A stretch of 64,000 nucleotides of DNA from Octopus sinensis (Eukaryota). A program made the translations under genes and the position numbers. The stretch is from NCBI RefSeq assembly GCF_006345805.1, contig NC_043014.1, forward strand, positions 248,001 to 312,000, written 5' to 3'. Shown here one piece after another: positions 1 to 32,436 of this stretch (position 1 is its first letter; the number at the start of each line of letters is the position of its first letter). The notes below the pieces were generated by a model, which saw nothing but the letters and a program-made list of their open reading frames with translations, was not told the DNA's origin and made no database searches.

Positions 1-514
1 CAAAATGTTTTATGATATTTAGTGTGAGTCCTTTAAAAACCCACCTTCACTGGAAGGGTGATATTTTGTCTTTTGCTCCTTTCCTGAAGTACTGGTCTCT
101 GCCAGACATCTTCAAACCAAAGAGTGCAGCTAGAAATTTCAAACCAATCTTATTAATACCACTGAAAATTTTAAATATGAGACTCTAAACTCCAAGAGTT
201 CTGTGTTCTTGTCAGGAGCAACTATTCCTGGTATTATTAGCATTTGAAGACACAGTGATGAAGCAATTTCAGACAAATTCTATAATTAGTGGCACATCTG
301 ATATCATGTCTGATGAGAAAAAAATGACAAAAAAAAATTTTTTGAAATAATAAGTTTATGGCAACAGTTTCTGTTGAATGGAATTTTTGAAAAGATCCTT
401 AAGAAACTACTCTTCATTGTTTAATGTCATTTAGTCTTAATGACTGAGATGATCACTTCTAGTTTCACTTTCTTGCATTAATTTTGCTCAACAAATTTTT
501 TCTGTTAATTGAAG

Positions 515-20627
<20,113 letters not shown>

Positions 20628-21457
20628 CTTAATGCTAATATTAATCTCTATATTCAAGCAGCAATGAACCTAACTTCATCATTGTTTCCTTATCTCTGTA
20701 CAGCTGCCATTGTTGCTGACTGCCAACATCTGAATGGAAAGACAGTTGCTGCTTCCAATTGGAATATTTTGAAACAATGACATTGAGTGGTAAGACAAGA
20801 ATCCTAGATGTAATCAGGAAGTTTGTTTGTGTTTAGTAATTTGATCGGCATTTTCCTTTATATTCTTTTTGCATATTTACACTTGAAATCTTCTTGAAAT
20901 CTTTTCTGATCTTCAATAGAATTAAGAGACATGATTGCAACTGTAATCAGGAGTGTACAGAAGAACAAATAAGACAAAGCGAAAATAATCTGAAATAAAA
21001 GGAAAGATTGTCTAATTCACCTTTTTATACATATTTTTTAAAATAAAATAATCAACCAAAATGACATTTACTTGACAGCTTGGTTACACCATTCTGTAAA
21101 ATAATAATTTATACTTATTTCTCTCACGATACAGACATTGTTTTATGAATGAGCTTTCAAAGGTCCTGTATTTCAGTGAAGAAGGAAAAGAAATTGACAG
21201 CAATCATAACGAACTTTCTCCAATATATTTGCATCGTAATTAAGAGGAATCGGTGTCAACAAATGGATGAAATGGTGACACAGTCTCAGCTTGCTTTATT
21301 TGTTTTCTCTACAGCCTCTCTCCACTTGTATTACTGTTGTTGTTGTTAAGGAGCTGAGTTGAACCAAATTGTTGTTGTTTTGTATTGTGGAGCTACACAC
21401 ACAATAAGTTCTTTTTGTCTTCCATGTTTAATTCTTTAATCATACAAGCTGAGATGT

Positions 21458-21580
<123 letters not shown>

Positions 21581-22489
21581 TCTCATGCTCCATCAATGTC
21601 TACCATTATATTAAGCTAGATTTATCTTTCTGTGATAAATCTAAAATATTGCTGTTTCTGTCTACAAAAGATTAGAAACAATTCTTTATTTCGTATTTTG
21701 TCACAAAACTCTGCTTCCATTACTTAAATAGGTGTGACAAAAGTACTTTTCTCAACCCCAGTGCATCACTGGTACTTGTTCTATAAAGCAGAAATGGATG
21801 AAATTTTTCTTTAATGGGTTTAACTCAAAACAATAAGTTATTTCGGTGGATATCAGGAAATGTCTAGTTCGGCGCTGGACCCGTCTGTGCAACTTGACTG
21901 CCTCAATTAAAAGTGAATTTTGACATCTTTCTAGTGATCTCTTTTTTACAACAGAGACGGGTAGTGTACATTCATGGTTCACTAAGATATATATATAGAC
22001 AGATAGACATGGAAGGGGTATATGTGTGTGTATATGTCTGTGTGTGTGTACACCAAAAGTTGACTCAGATGTTATATATATTCACAATATATTGTATTGT
22101 GGATGAATCTACTTCTAGCTTTTGTGGGGGGGGGGATATGGATATCACAGCTTTTGGGGGGAAATATGTATATCACAGCAGTGTCATCAACTCCTTGAAC
22201 AACTCCAGTAATTTCATACAACAGCCCCTTTGTACTGACAACAGTCAGACCTTTCACAGTGACCACGGCCACCCACTTATCCTTTAATCCACTCACAGTA
22301 ATCTTTCACCATTTCACTTACTGTGATTGGGTTGAGAAAGTAGTTTGGGGCCTCTCGTTTACCAATATTGCCAGAGATGTGTCATTCTTACAGCAGATTC
22401 TAATAGTTTGTCTCTCCATTGTTCAATGGAAAGAATTCTAATATGTTTCCTGGAACAGCCTTTAGAAAAGATTGAAATACTTTAGAAAA

Positions 22490-23410
22490 TTTAATTTTCT
22501 TGATTATTGAAGCAGAATCTCTCTCTCAGCATCTATTATCTGGAGATAAGACAACAGTCTGTTGCTGTTGTAATACTTTCATATTGTATATTACTGGAGT
22601 CTATCTGGGCTTCATACTCTCAGCCTTTCTCTTCTTGCTTGTAATTAACTTCATGACTAAGAAACTAATCATTGGGAGCACTGCAAGACTGGGAAATGGG
22701 AAGGTTTTTGTGGGGTTTTAAGCTTCAATGATGACTTTGCCCTGCTGCAAGAAACAAGAGCTGACCTGCAAGAAATAAGAACCAACCTTGCAAAATAAAC
22801 AAGGAAAATTAGCTGTGGAAAGATGAAAGTGATGCAGATGAATACCCGAACACAATCTTCTATCTTCATCCAACACAAATTTCTCCTGTGTGGGTGGTGC
22901 AAACAATAATATAGCAAGCATAAAAAGTACTGTAAAGAGCACAACCGGTAAAGCATAGGCCATGTTCCAGTGTATGCACCAAATTTGAGAGACAATAAGC
23001 ATCAGTACTAACATAGAGGCCCAGTTATAAATTTCAATAGTTTTAGGGTTCTTCACACCAGTGAAACCTGGGGAAATGTCAGTGAAGGCAGCCCACAAGG
23101 TGAACACATTCCACTGATGGGGTCTAAGAAATATCCTCAAAGTCACTGACAAGACAGAACTACATGTGAATAAAGTCCTTCCAAGAAGCAATTCCACCAC
23201 ACAAGACATATTGATCCAGTTTAAACTATTCAGATATATTTTGTAGCTGGCTTTTACTTGACTAATGACATGGACAGAGGAGGTAGAAAAACAGAAGGGC
23301 CTGTCCAAGAGCAGCTGGTGTTGGACATTGCAGGTAGACCTCAAATAGATGGGAACCAGTTTAAACCGACCATACAGGAAGGAGCATGCTGCCTGAAACA
23401 TCTAACATGG
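22490..23410 (+). mobile_element. RTE-clade LINE, RT C-terminal half and 3' end, decayed
   Basis: TGVYLGFILSAFLFLLVI (GVxQGC.LSP.LF), FNDDFALL (FADD), VLHTSETW, KVNTFH*WGLRNILKV, SW..TLQVDLK, across frameshifts. Confidence 0.75.
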
Positions 23411-23649
23411 GAAAACTGATTAAGAGTCAAGATTCACTTTATATTTCTAGATGTTACAAGATGGGACATCACTAAAAACATCTGAGGCATCAAGTGGCAA
23501 CTGGGTGAGGTTCTTTGGTGAGAAGGAACCCCGTGGAGCAAAGTGGAATTTCCAGTCCTTGTTAGAAGTGTTTCTGTGATGTGAGAGTATCTCTGAACAG
23601 ATAAAAGTCTCAGGTCAGAATCCAAAGACTTTATAGATATCAAGTCACA

Positions 23650-25350
23650 GCCCATAGCAAATTATGCCTTAGGACACAGTTGAGAGAATTTCTATAGTAA
23701 GAAGTTCCTAGGACACTGGTCAGAGAGCTACTATGAAGTGAAATATTCATATGCAGAGGAAATCAATGTTTCAGGGTAGAGTCGTTAGAGTTTCTATTGT
23801 ATGAAGTGACACAAAGAGCAAATTTAAATCTTGAGTGACATTCAAAACAGAATCCATGGTATTCAGTGCTACTACAGCGAAAATTAATGTTTCAAGCATG
23901 AGTTCAGAGAGATTCTATGGTGTGAATTGTCATCACTGACATTAAAAATACCATGCTACAGTGAAGAAATTTTCTGTGGTCTGAACTGACATCACAGTAC
24001 GAATTTAAGTGTCAGATCATAATCAAAAGAATTTCTAAGGTGTGAAGATACACCACAGAACAAATAAAATCTCAGACCAGAGTTCAACAAGTTTCAATGG
24101 CTGAAAGTGGTGGCACACAGCATGTGTCTAAAATGTAAATTCAAGTCTATGGCTACTGCTAAGAGAGTTTCTTTAGTATGGCATAATGGCACCACAGAGC
24201 CATTATGTTATCAGGTCACTGTCAAGAGTGTTTTTTATGGCACAAGGTGTCTCTTTAGCATATATTAATGTTTCAAATGACAGAGTTTGAGGTGGGGGTA
24301 AAGTGGCACTGCGGGGCAAACTGATGTCACAGTCAAGAGAGATTTTATGGCATGATATGTTGCTACTCGCTGTATTGAAGCCTCAAACCAAATTCATGAG
24401 AGTTTCTGTGATGTGAAAAAGCATCAGAGAGCAAATTAAAATCTTAAGCCATGGTTGAGGATGTTTCTGTGGAAAGTTGAGAGAGTTTTAGGATATGCAG
24501 ACACACCTCAGTGAAAATTAAAGGGATAACATAGTGTTGGGATAGTTTATATGGTGTGAAATGGTACCTTATATCAAATTTAAATATCTGGCCACAACTG
24601 AGAGAGATTCTAAGGTATGCAGTGTCAGCAGAGGGGAAATTAGAATCTCAGGTCATCGACAAAAGGGATTCTATTTTATGCAGTGGCATATGAATATCTT
24701 CTGCCCCCATCAAGAGTGGTTCTGTAGTGCGGAGGAACACTGCACAGCAAATTCAATTCCAAGTTCCAGTTGAAAGAGTTTCTGTGGCATCAAGAGAATT
24801 CGAGTGAGGAGAGTTTCTATCACATGTAGTGACATCAAAGATCAGATAATGTCTGAGGCCACATTTGTGAGAGATTCTATGGCATCAGGTGGCAAGATGA
24901 AACCAAATATAGTTTCAGTTCACAGCTGACAAAGCTACTTTGGCTTTAAACTGTTCTGCAGAGGAAATTAAAGACTCAGACTGAAGTTGTGAGAGTCTCT
25001 TATTGCATGATGTGAGAGTCTCTTATTGCACGATGTGGCACCACAGAACAAACTCTAGTCTCGGGTCACAATCAAGAGAGTTTCTGTCATGGAAAGTAAC
25101 TCGGTGAATTATAGGGAATATTTCAGGTCACACTTGCGAGTGGCTGTGATGTGAAGCATCAATGAGTAAATTAAACTTCCCAGCTGGAGTTGATAGAGTT
25201 TCTCTGATGCAAAATGAAGTGTCAGGCCACAGGATAGAGCAAATTTAATCTCAGGCCACCGTTGAGAGAATTTTGATGGTGTGAAGTGGTTTCACAGAGC
25301 AAATTTAAGTTGAGAACGTTTCTATGGTGTGAAGAGACACCATGAGTTAA
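23650..25350. repeat. Highly degenerate tandem array, unit about 60-61 bp, roughly 27 units
   Basis: Recurring blocks gagagtttct(a/g)tgg-tgtgaagtg-cacagagcaaattaa-tctcagg-cacagtt; measured spacing of 60-61 nt between homologous motifs (e.g. 23796, 23856, 23917). Confidence 0.8.
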
Positions 25351-25389
25351 AATAAAGTCTTTGTTCCCTCAAATGCTTCAAAATTCCGT

Positions 25390-25779
25390 TGATTGTCCTC
25401 TGACAATCCTAAATGCACAAACTGATGAATTTTCCCCACATTTCCAGAGGTGACACTCATTGCAGGTCTTCCAAGGACGTTCTTCCACTTTTGAAGCACC
25501 CATGCCACTCAAAACTTTTGCCTCATCACCATAAGCTTGCCAAAAGCATGCTCAATGTCTCTGTAACAGACTTCCCAAGGTTAACTCAAAATTTCATGTT
25601 GGCCCTTTGTTCCAACTTTCTGTCTATGACAAAAATTGCAGACTACAGCATACACACGTGATTACAAAAACGCAAATTTCACAACTTGCAAAGAAAACCC
25701 AGTGATGTCCCTCAGCACCCAGCCTCATGAAGGTCTGTGCTACAGAACTGGTGCAGAAACTTTTTGATACTACCTCATA
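25390..25779 (-). mobile_element. Tc1/mariner relic: left TIR plus transposase N-terminus
   Basis: The end reads TA-tgaggtagtatcaaaaagtttc (mariner-like TIR). The minus strand gives DRKLEQRANMKF*VNLGKSVTETLSML / QAYGDEA / FEWHGCFKSGRTSLED / NVGKIHQFVH, the paired-like HTH of mariner transposases. Confidence 0.8.
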
Positions 25780-26399
25780 ATTCTCTTTAGAAAATGTAAA
25801 CAGATGATACCAAACAGCCACATAAAAAGCATTCTGCTACAATTGGACGGTAAAAAGAATTAAATAAACAACAAACTCAAATTTTCTGAATGTATTTCCT
25901 AAAACTGAAACCAATCACAATGGTTTGTGTTTATAATGTTTCCCTAATGAGATCCTGCTGTATTGGCATATTTCCCCTGCTTTCCTTTTAACATATCAGA
26001 TTCTGTCTTGAGCAGGAGAATTAAATGTTTTAGAATTATTAAATTACTCTTCTGAAAATGATCTCCTTTCCTTTATAAAATTTCTAATAGTTTCCATTAG
26101 GTTTTTGTCTTCTTTTCCCAAGAGGTAAACATCAATTGAATAAAAATGGTTTTACATCATTTAGATCATCACCACCTACTTGATTCCTTGGCATCACGAG
26201 AAATGGAGGGTGTCCACCCCACCACAGGATACATTCAGGAGCAGGTAACACCAAAATGACTGTCTTTAAACTTGTTTAATCTCGTTAATGCATCAAATGA
26301 AACCATGAAGTTTAATTTTAAAAATCAACACAATTTCAATAGAGTTTGTAAATGTTTATTTCCCGTTGTATAATTATGAAATGTTCATTTTAATTCCCT

Positions 26400-26990
26400 A
26401 AATCCAGGTAAATGTAAATAGAGGCTATGTGTAACTTCTTCAAGTGGTCACAACCAAATGTGCTTTGCAATGCTGTACCAGGAATCTCTGACCCATCACC
26501 ACTATTGGTATATCGTGTTTCATGTTTTGTGTCTCAGCTAAAAACATTGATGTAGCTTAGTGGCTGTCATCCCGTATTAGGACATTAGAATATAACATCT
26601 GTTCGGATGTTAAAACCAACCAGCACTGAGCAATGATTATGGAGATGGGTAGAGTGCGTCCATAAACTGCCTCTTAGATTTTGTGTTCGTGTAATCAGAT
26701 ATTTTGAACCATCTTGAGAAATTTGTTCTACGTATGTAACCATCAAGATGATCTTGAACCTCTGTTCTTCGTAGTCCAACTTTCTGCTCCATGGAAGTGA
26801 ATGCTCTGAAGATGGTGAGAAACTTTGAAATACTTGGCTCGCTGGTTGATAGTGTACAAAAAGGTTGTCTGTCAGTAGAGAGTGAAAGAGTAAGGAATGC
26901 ACGGTGCTGACTAGAAAGGATAGAGGTGGCATCATCTTTCTTGTGGCTGAGAAATGTGCTGCTCTTGGTCATAGCTGACACATAAGAGGA
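26400..26990 (-). mobile_element. Non-LTR retrotransposon (RTE/RTE-X-like) C-terminal relic
   Basis: Frameshifted HGAESWTTK...LDGY...KMVQNI*LHEH...VYGRTLPISIII. Confidence 0.55.
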
Positions 26991-27547
26991 AGAGATAGGA
27001 AATTCTCTCTGTTATATAGACTATGGTCAGTAATGTAGGTCAAATCCAAAACAAAGGAGTGACCTTTCCTTGACCAGCACAAGTCCTAGGGGATTGAGTG
27101 CTTCCTCATCAATTATCTGGTGTTGAGAAGATTTCCTGCTCATGTTGACAAGCAGCAAGCAGGTGGACTTGGTTTCAAATCTCAGACAGGGTCAGGCTAG
27201 ACCCTTACACTACTACCCAGCTAGAGAGTTTCTATAAAAAAAAAAGAAACGAACAATCTAGGGAAAAGAGTGCAAAAATGCATTTAAAGACAAGGTGAGA
27301 ATAAGGTTGAATTGTGAAAAGTATTTTGTTGTTGGTAGATGTGAGGCAAGGCTGACAAAACTGATGCATATGAGGAGAGAGAACCTTGAAAAGATATATG
27401 GGACAGGAATCTATTCATGTGAGTCTGAATAGCGGTGTCACTTTGCTTGCACAGGATGCAGAATATGCCAGTTGGTGCACAACTGAGGCAGAGTGAACGA
27501 GCATACACACGTGTGCAAAATGTGCTAGTTGTTGCATGACGGAGGCA

Positions 27548-27640
27548 GTGAGTGAGCATGAAAGGGCGTATATGATATCAGCTGAGGTGAGTGAGTGTGA
27601 AAGGGCGTATATGATATCAGCTGAGGTGAGTGAGCATGAA
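27548..27640. repeat. 39-bp tandem repeat, about 2.4 units
   Basis: gtgagtgagcatgaaagggcgtatatgatatcagctgag repeated. Confidence 0.9.
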
Positions 27641-30600
27641 CAGTCTCGATCCATGAAACTGGTTGTATTTATAACAGTCTTCAGTCGATAGAAAAATGGA
27701 CAAACCTCAGCTGAATATTCAGGTTAGATCTAATTCATCTGAGCTTAATTGCATCAAGCTGGTCATTAAAAACTCATCAATCATTGATTCAAGTGACAGG
27801 ACAAAGAAGTTTTTCCCACCACAAACTGATTTGGTGGGTGAAAGTGCGACCAGTAATTCTGAGATGCGCTTTCAAATCTCAGGTGATAGAACTGATATTT
27901 GTTCTTTATATGTATAATGAAGCCAAACAAAATAATGATGTTTTGAATGTATTTAACACATTTCAGATAAAAGGGAATTTCAGCTCTTACACAAGATCTT
28001 CAGTTAAGACATCAAAATATGTACAAAATAATATAATTCACCCTTTATATCTGGTCAAAGCAGCTTAAATCTCCTTCTAGATGAAGAGAGAACATGGCCA
28101 GAAGGGTTGGAGTATTGGTAGTGTAAGTCTGGGAGTGAGTCTATTACGTCCCAATGAAAACCTTGAGATGTATTTAATTAGATTCTAAATTCAAACAAAT
28201 TGCATGTGATAGGAGACAAAACTAGAAATCTTACTCCATGAATCCTCATCCTTAGAAAGATTAAGGAAGGAATTATACAAGTTTTTCAAAACTTTTATTT
28301 ATCTCATTTGGAAAATGAGTTACCACTGTTAATTTTCAAAGCCTAACCTTAGATTTAATCTCACAAACTTACCAACCATACTATGAGCCTAACAAGAACC
28401 TACAATATGTTCATAGACTTTCTAACCTTCCACTTTCAATTAGGAAGAGTATAATTAACTATGTATCCATTAAGATCTCTAATCTTTCCTTTACAGTATT
28501 ACAATGGAGCGATTAAATGAAGTCGTTATGATCAAATGATAAACACTACAATAGCACTAAACTTAAGCAGGTTACTTGCACCAATAATTAAATGAAAAGG
28601 ATTTAGCATACAAATTATGGACCCTACGAACCTTAGGAATTACCATAAGGAAGGCCATCTGCTTAACCCATTCATGCCAATCATCCGTTTAAACTGACCC
28701 TTAATTTATAAGGGTATAAAACAAATACTTGATACAAAATGTGATTTGTGTATGATCCGTATCAAAGAATGAAACATGTTCTTAACGTGTCTGCAGTCTG
28801 TAACGGATTCCAATGAAATGTTCTTCAGTTGTTATCAAGGTTAAAATAATCTGAATTTTCAGGCAATTCCATTCACTCGAAAAATTTCATCATGGATTAA
28901 TTTCACAATGGATTAATCTTATAAGTCTGGAAATAGATTAGCCACCCACACAGATAATAGCAACTATATTCTAAGAAAGTGTTGAGAGAACTGAACTGCA
29001 AAAAGTTTTCAGAGAATCCATCCCTGCTCAGGTAAATGTTTTGGCCCTTAACTCATTACCTGAAGGAGAAGAGCAAGCCACATCCAGGTTATGACTCCTG
29101 GCTGCCCTTCGACTGATACTTTTTAGCCACTTAGATATTGGAGACTTAGGCATTTGAACTACTTGGAAATTTCATTGAATTGGAACTCCTCTCCATTGAT
29201 TCAGAATTTATTCTTGAATAAGAAATCATTTTGGTTGTCATGGCAGCAGTGAAACATCAATGCTATCACAATGACTCCTACTTTCATTAGTTAACATACA
29301 AAACATTTGCCCTTCAGGCTTTGGTCATGTTCTCCTCAGAGACTGGGAGTTGTTTCATTAAATCCAAAGTAGATTTGCCAACAAACCTTCATCCTTACTA
29401 CTTAACTCACCTTGTGCTGTACATAGACAAAGACTTTCCTTAAAACCTTTGCTCTCCCAAGAAGTGCTGCCTTCTGTATGACTTGCAACCTTGCACCATT
29501 TCCAGTTTTATCGGTACACTCCGTGAAACTGTCCAATACGCATCCCAATACTCCGATCACCAAACTCTCTCATGCACCAAATGGCAGTTGCTAAAAAGCA
29601 TTCGTGAGGTAAAATCATGTAGCAACACCAAATGGCAGTGCCCCAGCATGGCCACAGCTCAAGAGCTGAAACTGGAAAACAAACATAAACATATGCATAA
29701 ATATATATATATATATATATCATCATCATCATCATGCATATATATATATATGCATATTTTTCATTGGACATATCACTCAGAAAGCCCCACAGGCTGCAGT
29801 GTGCTCATGACTGTGATAAAAGCGTGCGACTGTAAGAAAAAAAAAAGTCCTCAAAAGAATATACCAACCAGAGGAGGCCTGAATTTTGCAGGCAACTTGC
29901 TTAGAAGAACTGTATGTAACTCTGGCTAAAAATACTGCTAAAGGTTGGAGCAGATCCCTTTCATCTCTGGTGCCAGTCGCTCACTAAAGTACAGCTAGTG
30001 CTTGCTGTTGAGTGAATGGTGAAGGGAAGAGCAACCATTTTCAAAAAGCTTTAAAAACATAGAAACAACATCAAATAGATTGTTGGGTTTTTCTATTATT
30101 CTGTGCAGGACCCTCTTGAGGTATGGATAACCTGGACAGAGGCTCAGGAACCCCAATTCTGATCTATGTATGTTGTGGCTTGTTGTCAATAAAAGATACC
30201 ATAGGGCCCAGTGCATTGATTTTCCTGGGGTTGAAGTAGCTATAAAGCTGCTAAGGTAGCTCTAGTTCTGGGTGCGAAATAAAGGACCACACCCTGTGGG
30301 GAAATGCTGTGAGATTTGTTCAACCTCTGCCAGTATTGGAAGAACGGATACAAATTAACAAGGAAGGGTATTTGTAGTTTCTGAATTATTTAATTTAATC
30401 TTTCCTGAACAGATTAACCCTTTCATAGCCTTGTTACTAACAAAATACACCAACCTCTGTGTTGAGTTAATTTTCCAAAAAATAGTCAAGTACTTCAGAA
30501 GATTATGAAGCTGGTGTTTGGGATATGTTTTATAAACAAAACTCAATTTCAAATCCTTCTAGGGTCAGCATTGCCCTTCATCCTTTCGGGGTTAATAAAA

Positions 30601-31852
30601 TGAAGTACCAGTCAGACTTGCCCCCTTCTCTCACCCTTAAATTGCAGGCTTTATGCCAAAATTAGAAAGAATATCTTAAAGCATTTCTATGTAAAACATG
30701 TTGGAATTTTCATGTATGATTGTATTACGATGAAGGACATCAAAGAAACGGGGAGTTTTATGGAAGGAATTAAATGCCTTAAGTAACCGAAAAGTAAATT
30801 CTATTGGTTGAAAAAAGAAAAAGAAAGAAAAAAGGACGAGCATCTCATGGTCAAGTTTGCTGAGTAACCACCTGGTTCCTGGTTCAATCCCTCTTCTGAA
30901 CAGTTTGGGCGAGTGTTTTCCACTGCAGCTTTGGGTTGACCACAGCCAAGCAAATACAATATGGAAACTGCATCAAGTGGTGTCCTTTTACATGAAAGGG
31001 TAAATTAACCATTCAATAATCAGAGATCAATAAAATTAATTGATAGAATTGAATAAAACTTTTAACCCTTTACTTGTCCAGAGTGTTTTTTGTAAGTTTA
31101 TTCCAAAGCATGCAGGTTTGTTTTCGGGCTTTTTTGGTCAGCCGTTTGTTTCACACATTGGGAGTAAAGATTAAATTGATATTCTGTAATAATGAAAATC
31201 ACAGGTTGTGCAAGATGATAATCTCAATATATGGAGAGCAACTGACTTTTGGCCATGCCCCACCAAATCATTTCGAAAATCCTGATGCCCCCTTCTGATA
31301 TTTAATTTTTGTTATTCAAAATTTGGATTACAACATTACCTGGAAGCAAAAATAAAAAAAAACGTGTAGGAATCACACACACTAAGTGTTTGTAATTAAT
31401 TACCTACACGTTTTCATATACCACTAAATCAAAATATTCCCCACATCCCCTCAGCAAACATTTTACCAAATTCGACACTTTAGAGACATCAAATCCTTTT
31501 ATTAGTTGGAGAGCTTTGTTGTAAAGATCTGATGTCTCTAAAGTGTCAAACCCGACAAACCCACCGAAAGGGGGGGGGCAAAGAATATTTTTTTAAAACT
31601 CATTTTCGAATTGCTCCCTTTCTCTTATTGGTATCGTGTACAAAAGGTGACCCACCAAAATATCACAATGCTCCACCCAGTGGGGCAAGTACCCCCAATA
31701 CAGAGGGATGCTGCTGGTTTAAAAACTAAGCTACCCAGCTATTCCAAATTATTCCTTATTAAGGGGAAACTGTGTCCATGTTCAGCATATATATATATAT
31801 ATATATATGTTGCATATATACATAAAACATAACAAATTTTCGTTTTTTTACT

Positions 31853-31858
31853 TTTATT
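31853..31858 (-). terminator. Candidate SRPRA polyadenylation signal (AATAAA)
   Basis: tttatt on + equals AATAAA on -, about 450 nt past the stop. The hexamer is common in AT-rich DNA, so this is weak. Confidence 0.35.
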
Positions 31859-32307
31859 TAATAAAAATTATAGATTTTAATAACAAACTTCTACTCCAGG
31901 TTTTATCAGCATAACTTAACTTATAGAGGCACACACACACACACACACACTTTTGTACAGTTTTCATCTTGAAGTGTGAATCCAATCAAAAGGATTTTCT
32001 CAACTTTTGATTTACAGAAGAAATCTGCTTCCAATGCCAGTCAGTAGAAAGAAATCCATAATCGTGTGTGTGTGTGTGTGTGTGTGTGTAGATGTGTATG
32101 TGGGGGGTGTATGCATATATATATATATAAAGAGAGGGGGGGGAGAAAGACTGTTGTGTTTGTGTGTGTGTGCATGTAGGTAAAGATGTGTGAATGTGGT
32201 GTCAGGCAGTTAATAGAATCTCTAGAAAAGTCTCTACAAAAACATGAAACAACCAAGTGAATAATGCACCCAGTGACCTCAGTATGTTGCTGTTGTTGTT
32301 GTTTGAT

Positions 32308-32436
32308 TTAAGCCTTGAGTAGAGCCTGGACAACAGCTTTGGTATTGAGATTCCTGAGGTCAGTGTATGTCTGACCTGTGCCCACAAACACAATTGGTTG
32401 ACCTGTAGTGTAGGTCATAGAGATGGCAGCTCCCAC
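32308..32436 (-). CDS. SRPRA: SRPRA terminal coding exon
   Basis: tttcag|GTG GGA GCT ... GCT TAA; [42 protein letters not shown]. Confidence 0.97.
   Translation of the reverse strand: MGAAISMTYTTGQPIVFVGTGQTYTDLRNLNTKAVVQALLKA

Noticed and set aside
22718-23401. 227-aa minus-strand ORF as a gene
   Set aside because: It is the antisense of a decayed RTE reverse transcriptase on +, and has no recognisable domain.
28000-29400. Possible very old CR1/L2 reverse transcriptase on - (faint IP.GS..GP-like motif near 28620-28650)
   Set aside because: Too degraded to support by eye; needs a translated HMM search.
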